NCBI RefSeq assembly: GCF_001194135.2 | Contig: NC_069000.1 | Location: forward strand, 33,920,942 to 33,955,718 | Length of the DNA stretch: 34,777 bases | Reading direction: 5' to 3' | Source: Octopus bimaculoides | Taxonomy: Eukaryota | Shown: piece by piece, positions 22,907 through 34,450 of the stretch | Numbering within the stretch: position 1 is the first letter of the stretch | Layout: each line of letters begins with the position of its first letter | Notes under the pieces: model-generated | Seen by the model: the letters and a program-made list of their open reading frames with translations, nothing else | What the model was told of the DNA's origin: nothing | Databases searched by the model: none | Program-made: the position numbers and the translations under genes

Positions 22907-23315
22907 CAGGGTGTCCCAGAAAGATTTACCCATTGATATTTCTTAATTATTCAAAATAAACTTAAGGTAGGATAATGACATTTGGTACACACATTTTAAT
23001 GTAAATGGTCAAACCATTGCAGTAATTACATTTCAAAATGACCACCTTTCGCCTTGATCATAACCTGCAAACGAGTGGTCACTGAGTTGCATGAGCACCG
23101 TACCACCTCTTCATCCAACTTGACCCATGAAGATGAAGGGCCTTCTTCAGATCTAATACATTTAAATAGGAGCGAACAGAAACATTACACTCTAAGATGG
23201 ACCAGATGGCAAAGTCCATGGGATTGATGTCTGGACTTGGAGGAGGCCATATCGTCTTGTCCCCAAAACCGCTGAAATGCTCTTTGCACCACCTCTGTGT
23301 CAATTCAGCCACCAT
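22907..23315 (-). mobile_element. Tc1/mariner-superfamily transposon 3' end (truncated)
   Basis: Terminal TA|cagggtgtccc at 22905-22917. Minus-strand translation TQRWCKEHF...WPPPSPDINPMDFAIWSILE carries the WPxxSPDLNPxD motif. Confidence 0.85.
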
Positions 23316-23339
23316 TCACACACACACACACACACTTAT

Positions 23340-23382
<43 letters not shown>

Positions 23383-23559
23383 ATATATACAAAATCATTC
23401 CCCCAGTTCCAAAACCTGCACTTCAACGGTCTCACTCTCTCTTGTGCCACTCAAAATATACTACAAATGCCTAGTCATTATTGGAAACTTAAACGAAGGT
23501 GCTGTGAATAATGCTAGAGTACCTCATGTACAGGAACAAATTCTGGAAAGGTTAAAAAG

Positions 23560-24100
23560 GGAAAGAAATTAGGAAAAAAAGGCCCATATGATAACAAATT
23601 TTTGTGTAACGTTCATAAATGCTACAACCAGATGTAAGAAAGAACTACACGAAGTGAGACTTGACATCAAATAATAGGCAGATCCCGCTATCAAATTTAT
23701 GTAAGTCATACCTATTTTTAAAAAGATCTACACTGACAATAGTTGTAGAATGTACACAACCTACACGCTAATAAACTGCAAAACATTGATTTACTGTACG
23801 CCCAAAAGATGCAAAGAAGAGTATAGGGACACTACTTCAACCAATGTGGGAGAAACGGATTGCAGTATAAGTGAAAGGATCCGAGAACGCAAGCGAGGAT
23901 ACTATTGTAGGATACAGGCATTCGTAATCTATCAACATGCCGAAAATACAACGGATCAGTAGCCAACGCGAAAATTAATACGATCTTCCTACTACGTAGA
24001 TCCAATACTACGACATGTTGCAGAGGCAGTATACTTATTGGAATTGACTCTGACTTCCTATACGCCTTCAATGAAAACAATGAATGCAGTAACAACAATA
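23560..24100 (+). mobile_element. Penelope-like element remnant (GIY-YIG endonuclease)
   Basis: LIYCTPKRCK...NVGETDCSISERIRERKR...YQHAENT resembles the GxIY..C..C..YxGETxRxxxxRxxEH pattern of PLE endonucleases. Confidence 0.65.
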
Positions 24101-25162
24101 CCACATCCACCACCACTACTATGTTTTAAAAATGAGAATCCGATCAAATTTACATCAACCAAAGTCAGCCACCATTCACACACACTTCACAAACCACATA
24201 GAAACTTTTGCGCACTCAACCTACAAATTCACTTGCACACGCCCACACACACACACACACACACACATACACACACATGCAGTATCAACAAGAACAAAAA
24301 TAAGTAAATAGAGAACAAAAAGATAAAGATAGGTAATGAAAACAAAAGGGAAAACACAATATACTAACATGCTTGACAACCTGTAAATGATACTTGATAA
24401 TATAACATACTCGATAAATCAGTCACAGCATTTGAAATCATTGGAAAGGTCACTGTAGTGTAATGAAAATTTCATGAATGATTAGTTAAAAGTATAACTG
24501 CAACTAGTACGCATGTTTATTGGCAGTGACACACACACGTGTGTGTGTATGTGTGTGTGTGTGTTAAAATAATGAGTTACAAGACTAGTCTTGTTTCTTT
24601 CACGCTGGGATTCGTCTAAGAGCATTAGAATGGGGGAAATTTTTTGATTTGTGTCGAGAGGAGAATAATGTAGAGTCGCAATAGAGAGTATAGGTGCAGC
24701 TATTAAGCGCCGAAGTAGCGGAAGTAAAGAAGGCAGGATGAGAAAAGGGAGTGAGAATATTATGGATGTATAAGGATTGCTTTGCATCTACAGAGGAAGG
24801 AAGGAAGGAAGGAAGGAAGGGTGAAATGAAAAAATAAACAAACAAACAAAGAAAGATGGATGGAAGGAAAAGAGGAAGAAGAAAAGAAAGAAATAAACAA
24901 AGAAGAGTTTCGACGGTGACGAAAAAGTGACACCTATCATGGAGTTGTAAGCTATCATCATCATTATCCATTGGGAAAGATTAGACTGTTAAACTGAGAA
25001 TAACTGCATAGTGCAAATTTACTGAAAATAGGTTAGTGAGTCAAAGTTTAAAGTGTGAAATTTTAATAATAAACAGTTAAGTCTGCGATAAATAAATGAA
25101 TGAAAGTAGATAAATAAATGAGTTAACGAGCATTTCTATATTTAGTGATTATTTTATGTTGA

Positions 25163-25435
25163 GGGTGCATGGCCTAGTGGTAAGGGTGTTACACTCACGA
25201 ACGTGAAGCCGCGGTTTCAATTCCTGTACCGGGTGGTGTGTAGTGTTCTTCAGCAAAAACACGTCTTCTCACGTTGTTCTGCAATCCCTTCGACACCTGT
25301 TGTGCACTACACCGTACGCCTCTTCAGGCAACGTCAATTTGATAGAGGGAAGGAGTTAATTCTCAGCACAAAGATTTGACCATTAAAAATAAATCATCTG
25401 TGCAGGTTGTTCGGCAAGAAATCGCAGAACCCGTC
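25163..25435 (+). mobile_element. tRNA-derived SINE with family C-like head and a different body
   Basis: ggtgcatggcctagtggtaagggtgtt (A-box-like)...ggtttcaattcc (B-box-like)...gtgttcttcagcaaaaacac. Confidence 0.55.
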
Positions 25436-25811
25436 TTATTATTACAAACAAGGCGGTGAGGTGGTGGAATCGTAACCACGCTAAATGAAATGCTTTACGT
25501 TCTGAGTTCAAACACCGTCGAGATCGACTTGTCCTTTAATTCTTTTGGGGTCAAAATAACTGGTACTTATTTTAAGTCAGAGAAACCCATCTCTTTGCTT
25601 ACGTCATAGAATAGAAAGTGATTTCTTTGTACGCATTTTAACACTAGTGTTAGCCTTGCTAATACTGGTGAATATTTTACCGAACTCCGTACTTTTTGTT
25701 CTCTGTATTGTTAAGTTACTTGGCTACAGTAGTGTTGCTGTTTCGTAGAGATAATTTTATGGCATGCTTAACTTAAAATTAATATTATCGAGACAATATT
25801 TTATTTACTCT

Positions 25812-26171
25812 TAAGGCGACGAGCTGGCAGAAACGTTAGTACGCCGGGCGAAATGCTTAACGATATTTCATCTGCCTTTACGTTCTGAATTCAAATTCCG
25901 CCGAAGTCGACTTAGCCTTTCATCCATTCGGGGTCGATAAATTAAGTACCAGTTACGCACTGAGGTCGATGTAATCGACTTCATCCCTTTGTCTGTCCTT
26001 GTTTGTCCCCTCTATGTTCAGCCCCTTGTGGGCAATAAAGAAATAAGAAATGTTTTTCGTCTGTCTTTAAGTTCTGAGTTCAAATTCCGCCGAGGTCGAC
26101 TTTGCCTTTCATCCTTTCCGGGTCGATAAATTAAGTACCAGTTGCGTACTTGGATCGAGCTAATCGACTGG
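25812..26171 (+). mobile_element. Dimeric family A SINE (runs into a gap)
   Basis: Monomer, then linker tttgtcccctctatgttcagccccttgtgggcaataaagaaataagaaa, then second monomer; same layout as 5171-5590. Confidence 0.85.
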
Positions 26172-27237
26172 NNNNNNNNNNNNNNNNNNNNNNNNNNNNN
26201 NNNNNNNNNNNNNNNNNNNNNNNNNNNNNNNNNNNNNNNNNNNNNNNNNNNNNNNNNNNNNNNNNNNNNNNNNNNNNNNNNNNNNNNNNNNNNNNNNNNN
26301 NNNNNNNNNNNNNNNNNNNNNNNNNNNNNNNNATATATATATATTATTCAAGAAGAGTTTGAAATATGTGTGTTCGTTTCATACAATTTCTTAATTTTCT
26401 CAGTGAATATGTGGAAGTGGCAACTTCCTCTATTGGATATCGTGTTTTAGAGAACCATTTGATTGGATGTGTAGTTTCTAAATCTTACATTTTTATAAAG
26501 CCTCCTAGTTCTATATTACGTATGTATGAATGGATGGGACTTTTTACGGATTCAGAGCCAAATTTTCTGCTGATCCACCGACGTTGTCTTTTTGCGTGAA
26601 GTGTGTCTTCTGTCTAATGCGTTTTATAATGTTTTCTGTATTTTCACGAGGCGTTTTTTTGTTTTTTATGTAAAGTTTTCTCGGTGGTGTGGGTATGTTT
26701 TTTTTTTTGTGGGGGGTCTGCATACGTGAATGTTGCTTTATTTTCAGCACTATACAAAATCAAAGTGCTGGGCTGTTGTACGCTATGAAGTTAGTTCGAT
26801 TCTTTGGCGATTTCTTCTTGAGAAAAAAAGCAAAATGGTAAGTTATCCAATGCCTATCATGGGCAACTGCGATGGAGCCACAATGTGTTAGTTGGTGAGA
26901 GTAGCTCCTATCCTAACCAATGTCTTTTTCTTTCTACAGAGAGCTATTCATTTATTTGTTTATCAGTTGTAGTTTAGGATGTTTGAGTCCCATCCTTGAA
27001 ATGTGAGTAACACTCCAATGTGAATCACACTACACATTTGTCGAGGACCAGAAACTAAACAAGAGAGAACGAGTTCCATGTCACGAAGAGTACGCCTATA
27101 CTTCAGACTATAGATTTTGTAATAATTTATATGTAACATCACCATTAGTATAACTGATATATATTGCTTAGCAATACTTTTAATGTAAAACCTAAAAAAA
27201 AATTCATGCTTTTTTTTTTACTTGTTTTTTCTTGTAG

Positions 27238-27528
27238 GGATTGGTTTTGGAATGGTGTTCATTACATCGAATATATGTTTGAGTCTATATTTCGAGAAGA
27301 AACGAGCATTGGCGACAGGTCTAGCATCAAGCGGTGCTGGATTAGGTACCTTTTGTTATCCATACTTATCCGAATGGCTATTGTCTATGTATGGTTGGAA
27401 AGGTACGGTGCTCATCCTTGGTGGTTGTGCGCTGAATTGTCTTGTGTGTGGGTCTGTTTTTAGACCTCTTTGCTGGTCATCGAGATCTGATTTGTCATCT
27501 CTCCGGACTGAATACACAAATGGAGATG
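27238..27528 (+). CDS. MCT-like coding exon 3 (TM4 end-TM6)
   Basis: Acceptor tttttcttgtAG and donor G|GTAAAT; 291 nt, phase 1-1. Translates (G)IGFGMVFITSNICLSLYFEKKRALATGLASSGAGLG...YGWKGTVLILGGCALNCLVCGSVFRPL. YFxKxRxLAxG, GWKG and the terminal RP are MCT motifs. Confidence 0.94.
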
Positions 27529-27644
27529 GTAAATACGAAATTCTAATTATGTATATATAAATATGTTTAATTAAATATTAAATGTAGAGAATAATTTTAG
27601 CCTATATATATATATAGTTCTTACATTATTCAAAGCAAAGTGTG

Positions 27645-27915
27645 GAGTTGCGTGACTTAGTGGTAAGTGTATCACGATCGTAAGGTCGTGAGTTCGATTT
27701 CCGGTGGTGCGTTATGTCGCTTTATTTCACGTTGCCCCAGTCCAGTCCGCTGGCAAAAATGAGTAGTACTTGTATTTTAATGGGTCAGCATTGTCACATT
27801 CTGTGTCATGCTGAATCTTCCTGGGAACTACATTAAGGGTGTGCGTTAGTTTCACGAGCAGTCTGTTCCATTGATCGAACCAGAATACTCGTCGTCGTAA
27901 CCGACTGAATACCTC
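27645..27915 (+). mobile_element. Family C SINE in intron 3
   Basis: gacttagtggtaag...gagttcgatttcc head, and body shared with 18440-18650 and 34310-34445. Confidence 0.7.
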
Positions 27916-27992
27916 CGTTCAAAACAATATATTGTTTAAACAGTCCTCCAGTATTACTATACTAGGCAAGTCTGAGAGCTGAATTAAACAGA

Positions 27993-28057
27993 AAGGGAAA
28001 ACGGGTAAAAAGGGAAAACGGGTAAAAAGGGAAAACGGGTAAAAAGGGAAAATGGGT
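27993..28057 (+). repeat. 17-bp minisatellite, about 4 copies (aagggaaaacgggtaaa)
   Basis: Unit starts recur every 17 nt (GGG at 27995, 28012, 28029, 28046). Confidence 0.9.
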
Positions 28058-28506
28058 ATGGAAACAATGAAAATTACAACAACGCTAGTGATATATATTT
28101 GATATATCAAGCAATAAAAAAACTAACTAGAGAAATATACGATGAAAACAACTGATGTTAGTTAATTACTATTATTATTGCCATTTTTATAATAAGGGAG
28201 ATAACTCAGGATATGTGTCGATCTTATTCTGATCTCATCGGTGAAGTATATTTTTTCACAATACTTGCCGAAGTAATGATCAAAGAAACCCTAAGTAAAT
28301 ATATACAATTGTACATTTATTGACTTAGGAAAGTAGAAATGCTTAGAATAATTCATAGAAGCAATCCGAATGAAAGACAATGAATAAATTATTGCTTATT
28401 TAATTGTTAAAATTAAAATTTAGCCAAATGTTAATATTACACACAATTTAGTTATCTATTTATTTATATAAACTAATTAACTCTCTTTTTTTTTCGCCTT
28501 CATCAG

Positions 28507-29049
28507 ACCACAACGAGGATTCTGATTCTGTAATGAGTGATGCGGAAGAGCCGACAAAAAACAATTTGCTTGACTTTAAAATAAAAATTGTCAACTTGCC
28601 AGTGAGCAACATAAAATCTAGTTATACACATAGTTGCCATCAACTGAGCCACGGGATTTCTGGTTGGTTGACACCTAACAGTTTGAGTGTGATGGACGTT
28701 AACAAATCCAAAATTAGGAGCCTACACGATATCAATACATCAGTGGAACTTAAGCACACGGGACCACGTCGGCGGCTTTCGACAACACATTTCAATCCGT
28801 TGATTAAACAAGACATCTATTACAGTGGCAGTGTTACCACTTTGAGACAAGATACTTTAGACCATAGACGCTATTCAGATCTAAGTGAAAAATCCGGCAA
28901 CCAGAAACTTCAGTTCAACGATGCCATGTCCACGTTTAGTGAAGGAAGCCGGTGCTGCCAGGGTAACATATTGCGCCATGTCTTCAACTTCGCGCTCCTC
29001 AAGAATAAAGTATTCGTGGCCTTATTAACAGCATTTACTCTTGCATCAA
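28507..29049 (+). CDS. MCT-like coding exon 4 (large cytoplasmic loop and start of TM7); CDS continues beyond visible sequence
   Basis: Polypyrimidine tract ending catcAG and donor A|GTAAGT; 543 nt, open, phase 1-1. Contains PLIKQDIYYSGSV and ends FNFALLKNKVFVALLTAFTLAS, the typical entry to TM7. Confidence 0.88.
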
Positions 29050-29607
29050 GTAAGTCACTTGTTCCTTTCTTCCAGTTTTGTTGCTATTTCTCCCCGCTAA
29101 AGTCTTCTCTTTCTGTTATATGTGTATATATATATATCTTTGATATTGTATAGGAAAGAATGGAATGGTTGGGCCCTGGACTTTGCAGGCTTTCCATGAC
29201 AGATGAGATCAACGAGAGTATCCACACACGCACGCGCACACTGTTTCTCTCTATCTCTCTATCTCTCTCACCCCTCCCCATCGATTCGACATTACCTGTG
29301 CAGGTGCACGGTGTACCACGCGTCAGTAAAAGATAAAAGATATATATATATATATATATAAAATATATAAACAATATATGAGTATATGCATATATATGTA
29401 CATGTATGTACATACCTTCATCTACATGTACATATATATACATATCTGGGTACATGACGTTGCAAAAGAACATGGGCAAAATGATAAACAAGGTACAACA
29501 AACAAACAGGCCACATAGAGAACATATCCGTCGTCAGCTGCCACCATTAAGACACTGGCGTAGTAAGTTTTTATAGATATATATAGATAGATATATATAT
29601 ATATATT

Positions 29608-29946
29608 AATAATTGAGAGAAGAACCACAAAGATGTAATCCAAACAATGAAGATCAGACACCATCAAGAAAAACGTACTCTACAAAATACTAATTTAAAA
29701 ATCTATAAAATCTAAAAGAAAAGTTTATGATCCATAAAATCTATAAAATATTTGATTAAAAATTTAATTAGTTTAGTAAGTTTATAAAAAAGAAAGTGAA
29801 TTATAGACTAATAAAATTTTTTAATCTAATATTTTATAGATTTTATAGATTTTTAAATTAGTATTTTGTAGAGTATGTTTTTCTTGATGGTGTCTGATCT
29901 CCTTCATCGTTTGGATTGCATCTTGGTGGTTCTTATCTAAATTATT
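29608..29946. mobile_element. Foldback/MITE-like near-palindromic element in intron 4
   Basis: 29608-~29770 is the reverse complement of ~29810-29946, apart from a 29-bp indel and a few mismatches. Embedded in TA-rich flanks. Confidence 0.8.
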
Positions 29947-30471
29947 TATATATATTTTATTATAAAATTCAATTTGGTATTACTAAATTGAATATCCTTG
30001 TAAGTTTGGATTTTAACATTCTCTAATATTATAATATATATATAGGAAAATGAAAAAAAGCCAGAATGCTAAACNNNNNNNNNNNNNNNNNNNNNNNNNN
30101 NNNNNNNNNNNNNNNNNNNNNNNNNNNNNNNNNNNNNNNNNNNNNNNNNNNNNNNNNNNNNNNNNNNNNNNNNNNNNNNNNNNNNNNNNNNNNNNNNNNN
30201 NNNNNNNNNNNNNNNNNNNNNNNNNNNNNNNNNNNNNNNNNNNNNNNNNNNNNNNNNNNNNNNNNNNNNNNNNNNNNNNNNNNNNNNNNNNNNNNNNNNN
30301 NNNNNNNNNNNNNNNNNNNNNNNNNNNNNNNNNNNNNNNNNNNNNNNNNNNNNNNNNNNNNNNNNNNNNNNNNNNNNNNNNNNNNNNNNNNNNNNNNNNN
30401 NNNNNNNNNNNNNNNNNNNNNNNNNNNNNNNNNNNNNNNNNNNNNNNNNNNNNNNNNNNNNNNNNNNNNNN

Positions 30472-30516
<45 letters not shown>

Positions 30517-30885
30517 ATAACAAACAGTGAATCGAACATTCACTGGAATCGCGGAAGCGTATTGAGCTTCAGAAAAACTCGGTATTTAAACACTAGAAGT
30601 CTATGAAGAAATTTTATTTCAGACAATTCCACAGCATCATACCTGCTAACTGTGTATATACATTCAGTATGATACACCCACGTTAACGCATGCGCGCACA
30701 CACGCACATACACACACACAAACACACACACACATATACGCACGCGCTTGAGCATTACCCGAACACATTTGGCTGAGGAGACTTTTTTAATATTTTCTCG
30801 TTGTCGTTGTTTGTAGAGGAGTTCTTCAAGATGTCTCATCAATCCAAAACAAATCGAAATGTTGAATGCAGTGCACATAATCTAA

Positions 30886-30886
30886 T

Positions 30887-30981
<95 letters not shown>
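30886..30981. repeat. (CAGA)n(TAGA)n microsatellite
   Basis: Directly visible. Confidence 0.95.
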
Positions 30982-30983
<2 letters not shown>

Positions 30984-31008
30984 AATAATACACTTAATCA
31001 TCATTTCA

Positions 31009-31230
31009 TCATCATCATTTTAACATCATAAGCTTTACGATGCTCACATGGGTCGAACAGAATTTGTTAAGGCAGATTTTCTAGGGTTGGATGCCTTTCC
31101 TGTCGCCAAACCACACCTGTTTCCAACGAAGATAATATTTCTCCATAAAAGAATATTAGAAACCAAGAACGCCTCTTGCATTGCAATGACACTCGTTTAC
31201 AACAATCACGAAATGTGAAGGCTAGGAGAC
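31009..31230 (-). mobile_element. RTE-type 3' tail (LINE 3' UTR or RTE-tailed SINE)
   Basis: Reverse complement: ggtttggcgacaggaaaggcatccaacc...ctgttcgacccatgtgagc...gatgttaaatgatgatgatg, an RTE-like 3' UTR ending in (GAT)n. Confidence 0.55.
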
Positions 31231-31259
31231 AATAACACATATAAAGTAACACGCACACT

Positions 31260-31297
<38 letters not shown>

Positions 31298-31489
31298 TAC
31301 ATACACACATGCAGACACACGCACACACATATATATATATGCATACATATTCATACATACATACATACATACACACACATACATACATACATACATACAT
31401 ACATACATACATACATACATACATGCATACATACATACATACATGCATACATACATACATACATACATACGTAAATACATACATATATT

Positions 31490-31653
31490 CGACGAGATTC
31501 TTTCAGTTTTCGTTTACCAAATCCCCTCCTGCGGCTTTAGTCGACCCGGGTCTATAAGAGAAGACACTAGCTCTAGGTGTTACGCAGTGGGACTGAACCC
31601 CGGAACTGCATAACTCGGAAGCTCACTTCTTATCCCACAGAAACGCCTGCGCC
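31490..31653 (-). mobile_element. Diverged family B SINE head next to a long (CATA)n tract
   Basis: Reverse complement: ggcgcaggcg...gggttcagtcccactgcgtaacacctagagctagtgtcttctc...aaactgaaaagaatctcgtc. Confidence 0.7.
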
Positions 31654-32282
31654 TAACGTACATATAAAAATGTGTATTATATGCATAATATATATAAAAT
31701 ACATGATAGATATGTGTGTTTCTTGTGCGTATGTGTGTATGTTTGTATGTGCGCGCGCGCCGCGTGTGTGTGTATAAAAACTTAAAAAACAGTTGTAACA
31801 GTCACGTTCTCAGTTAAATACATCTCAGACAAATAAGACCACGTGGTTTTCTTCCACCACCCTCCGTTGGTCGTTCATTCCCATCACTACCACTTTTTCT
31901 GACGATAAGGTTGTTTCACTGCTCTTTGTCAACTGTCCTTTGTGTCTTTGTGTAAGTACACGTGCGAGTATAAATGCCTACTCATATAAATGTATGTGTA
32001 TATGTGCATGTATGTCAGGTCACAAATTAACGCTTCTGGTAACATGCAATCCAACATAACTTGTATTCATAATCGGGTTGTCGGTGACTAAACCGACTCA
32101 TCCATTAGGAATGCATAGTGAGAAGGGTTGCTAGAAATCAATGAGAAGAAATACAAGATCTGTCAAAGAGCAGAGGAACCCAGTATAAGATCAACGACTT
32201 TCACAACAAAGCACGGGTGTGTGAGACGGTGAACGACTGCACTTTAAGAATAATTAGAAGCGATGAGCAACTAGGTCTCGTA

Positions 32283-32603
32283 CTTTGCCTTTCATCCGTT
32301 CGGGGTCGATTAAATAAGTACGAGCTACGGCGCTGGGGTCGATATAATCGACTTAATTTGTTTGTCCCCTCTGTGTGTAGCCCCTTGTGAGCAATAAAGA
32401 AATAAGAAACGTTAGTACGCCGGGCGAAATGCTTAGCGGTTATTTCGTCTGTCTTTACGTTCTGAGTTCAAATTCCGCCGAGGTCGACTTTGCCTTTCAT
32501 CCTTTCGAGGTCGATAAATTAAGTACCAGTTGCGTACTGGGGTCGATCTGATTGCCTGGCCTCCTCCCACAAAATTTCGGGCCTTGTGTCTAGAGTAGAA
32601 AAG
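32283..32603 (+). mobile_element. Dimeric family A SINE, 5'-truncated
   Basis: Same linker (agccccttgtgagcaataaagaaataagaaacgttag) and same tail (aatttcgggccttg...tagagtagaaaag) as 5171-5590. Confidence 0.85.
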
Positions 32604-32624
32604 GAATATTCATGTAAGAGATAA

Positions 32625-32835
32625 GGCAGCGAGAATTGTTAGCACACCGGACAAAATGCTTAGCGGCATTTCGTCTGTCTTTACATTCTGGATCCAAATG
32701 CTACCGAAGTCGACTTTGCCTTTCAATCTTTCGGAGTCGATAAAATAAGTACCAGTTGAGCACTGAGGTCGATATAATCGAATTTCCCAAGTGTCCCAAA
32801 ATTGCTAGCCTTATGCCAAAATTCCAAACCAATAT
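32625..32835 (+). mobile_element. Monomeric family A SINE
   Basis: Core gtcgactttgcctttcaatctttcggagtcgataaaataagtaccag with the monomer-type tail aaaattgctagccttatgccaaaattccaaacc. Confidence 0.75.
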
Positions 32836-33669
32836 TTATGTAAGAGAAGGAAAACTGCGAATCTTAAACCTCCCTGAGCTACCCTGGTCAGTGACATCTA
32901 GGATAATGAAAGTCTGGTTGGTGCTCTTACTAGTTATCTTAATCTTCACTTGTCACTGGAACATGGCAACTAATAGAGTGTGTTTTTAGCGTTGTACAGA
33001 TACGTGTTGCTATAAACTCTACAAGGCACAGGTAAATTGAAACACTACAGCACATTATGCCTGTCGTAACAAGAAGTGTCCAACATCAAAGTACTTTATG
33101 AGGAATAGAAAGAAATAACCAGTTTTATCTATATTAGTCTCCAAAAGTTCCTTGCCTATCGAGGCATTGTGATGTATCCAAACTTGAAATATTGGACACA
33201 GAGCTACAAATCTGCCTATTGTGTGGAAGGGGGTTTATTTAAAAGTCATTTTCTTGAATCTTGATAGTTAGAAGGGTTGGGTGCAATCCCCTGTGACCGA
33301 ACAGCCTCATTTAGAGAGGACAAGAAAAGATGTCCCAAGCATTGTCTGTCGCACAAGTTGGTCAATTTACAGCGACTGACGGCTCTTCAATTGAGCAGGA
33401 ATAATAAATGTAAAAACAAATGTTAAATGTATAAGCATAAACAAGCAAAGAATACATCTACAGATGTGCTGCTGGAGACCTGTTGGATGAAGAAAAACCC
33501 AGATGAACAGCGCCATACTGCTCTAGTTGCAACAGAGTTTGACCCATTCAATATCGCTACAGCTTTCCTTCAAGGGGAAAATCGGCTAAATGAAATGGAT
33601 TGTGGCAACGGTTTCTTTTACGTTGGCAACTGATAGGCAAGAAATGAAAGGGCGGTGGTGAATTTGCGA

Positions 33670-34080
33670 TGAAGAAGAACCGATCTGATAGTTGAGATGA
33701 GTTATCGTCCAATACATGTGACTGTATCATTAAACTCCGCTTGACGCATTCCTATGAGCGTCGTGGGACTATCTTCCCTTTATATGCACCATCTCTTCAC
33801 TCAACAGATGAACTCTTATCTTTTTCTACGAGTATCTTAGAAATTCTCACTGACGTACTGTATCCTCTCACTGCCTTTGCACCTCAAAGTTACTTTCATT
33901 CACACTCTCGATTCACACTCTCTCTTCCTTTCATCACCCTTGTTATACCCAATACTCAAAGACCGCACTAACCACGATACACAGTCCGTCATCATCAGAA
34001 CTGCTTCCCTTTGGAATTCATTTCCTTGTACATTGTCTTTTTCGTATTCATCGATTTATAACAGTTTAAGCAGAACACTA
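33670..34080 (+). mobile_element. Decayed CR1/L2-like LINE ORF2 C-terminus
   Basis: HSYERRGTIFPLYAPSLHSTDELLS and RTNHDTQSVIIRTASLWNSFP resemble the LxHRR...SxEL and SFxxRTxxLWNSLP termini of CR1-group ORF2. Confidence 0.55.
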
Positions 34081-34299
34081 ACGGCATTGGTCACACCTAT
34101 TTCAGAAGGCCTACTAAGATCATGGGCGATGCTCCTTCCTCCACGGCAGGCTAAATAATAAAGCCAGGTACTTAAAACGCCCATGAGAAGCAAATCACAA
34201 AAATATTTCGTATGATTATCCACTTAAATCAGAACGCTCAGAAAAGAAGCCGATATAGTGATTGAAACTAGTTTAAAACCACGGAATATCATCCGTGCT

Positions 34300-34450
34300 A
34301 AATGCCCATATTCTGTGTCACGCTGAATCTCCCTGAGAACTATGTTAAGGGTACGCGTGTCTGTGGCGTGCTCCACTACTTGCACGTTAATTTTACGAGC
34401 CGGCTGTTCCATTGATCGGATCACTGGAACACTCGTCGTCCTAACCGTGC
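34300..34450 (+). mobile_element. Family C SINE 3' body
   Basis: Matches 27790-27900 and the reverse complement of 18440-18590; followed by (TATG)n. Confidence 0.7.

Larger units (their letters stand above)
955..30471. other. Eight assembly gaps: 955-1517, 2360-3330, 7043-7689, 9748-10044, 13892-14345, 20830-20891, 26172-26332, 30075-30471
   Basis: N runs totalling 3552 nt, mostly abutting microsatellites or SINEs. Confidence 1.

Noticed and set aside
23317-23378. (CA)n followed by (TG)n, able to form a hairpin
   Set aside because: A trivial result of adjacent microsatellites, common in this genome.
32756-32989. Hydrophobic ORF (MKVWLVLLLVILIFTC) as a candidate MCT exon 5 or secreted peptide
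   Set aside because: It begins inside a SINE, has no MCT TM7-8 motifs and lacks a compatible splice pair.
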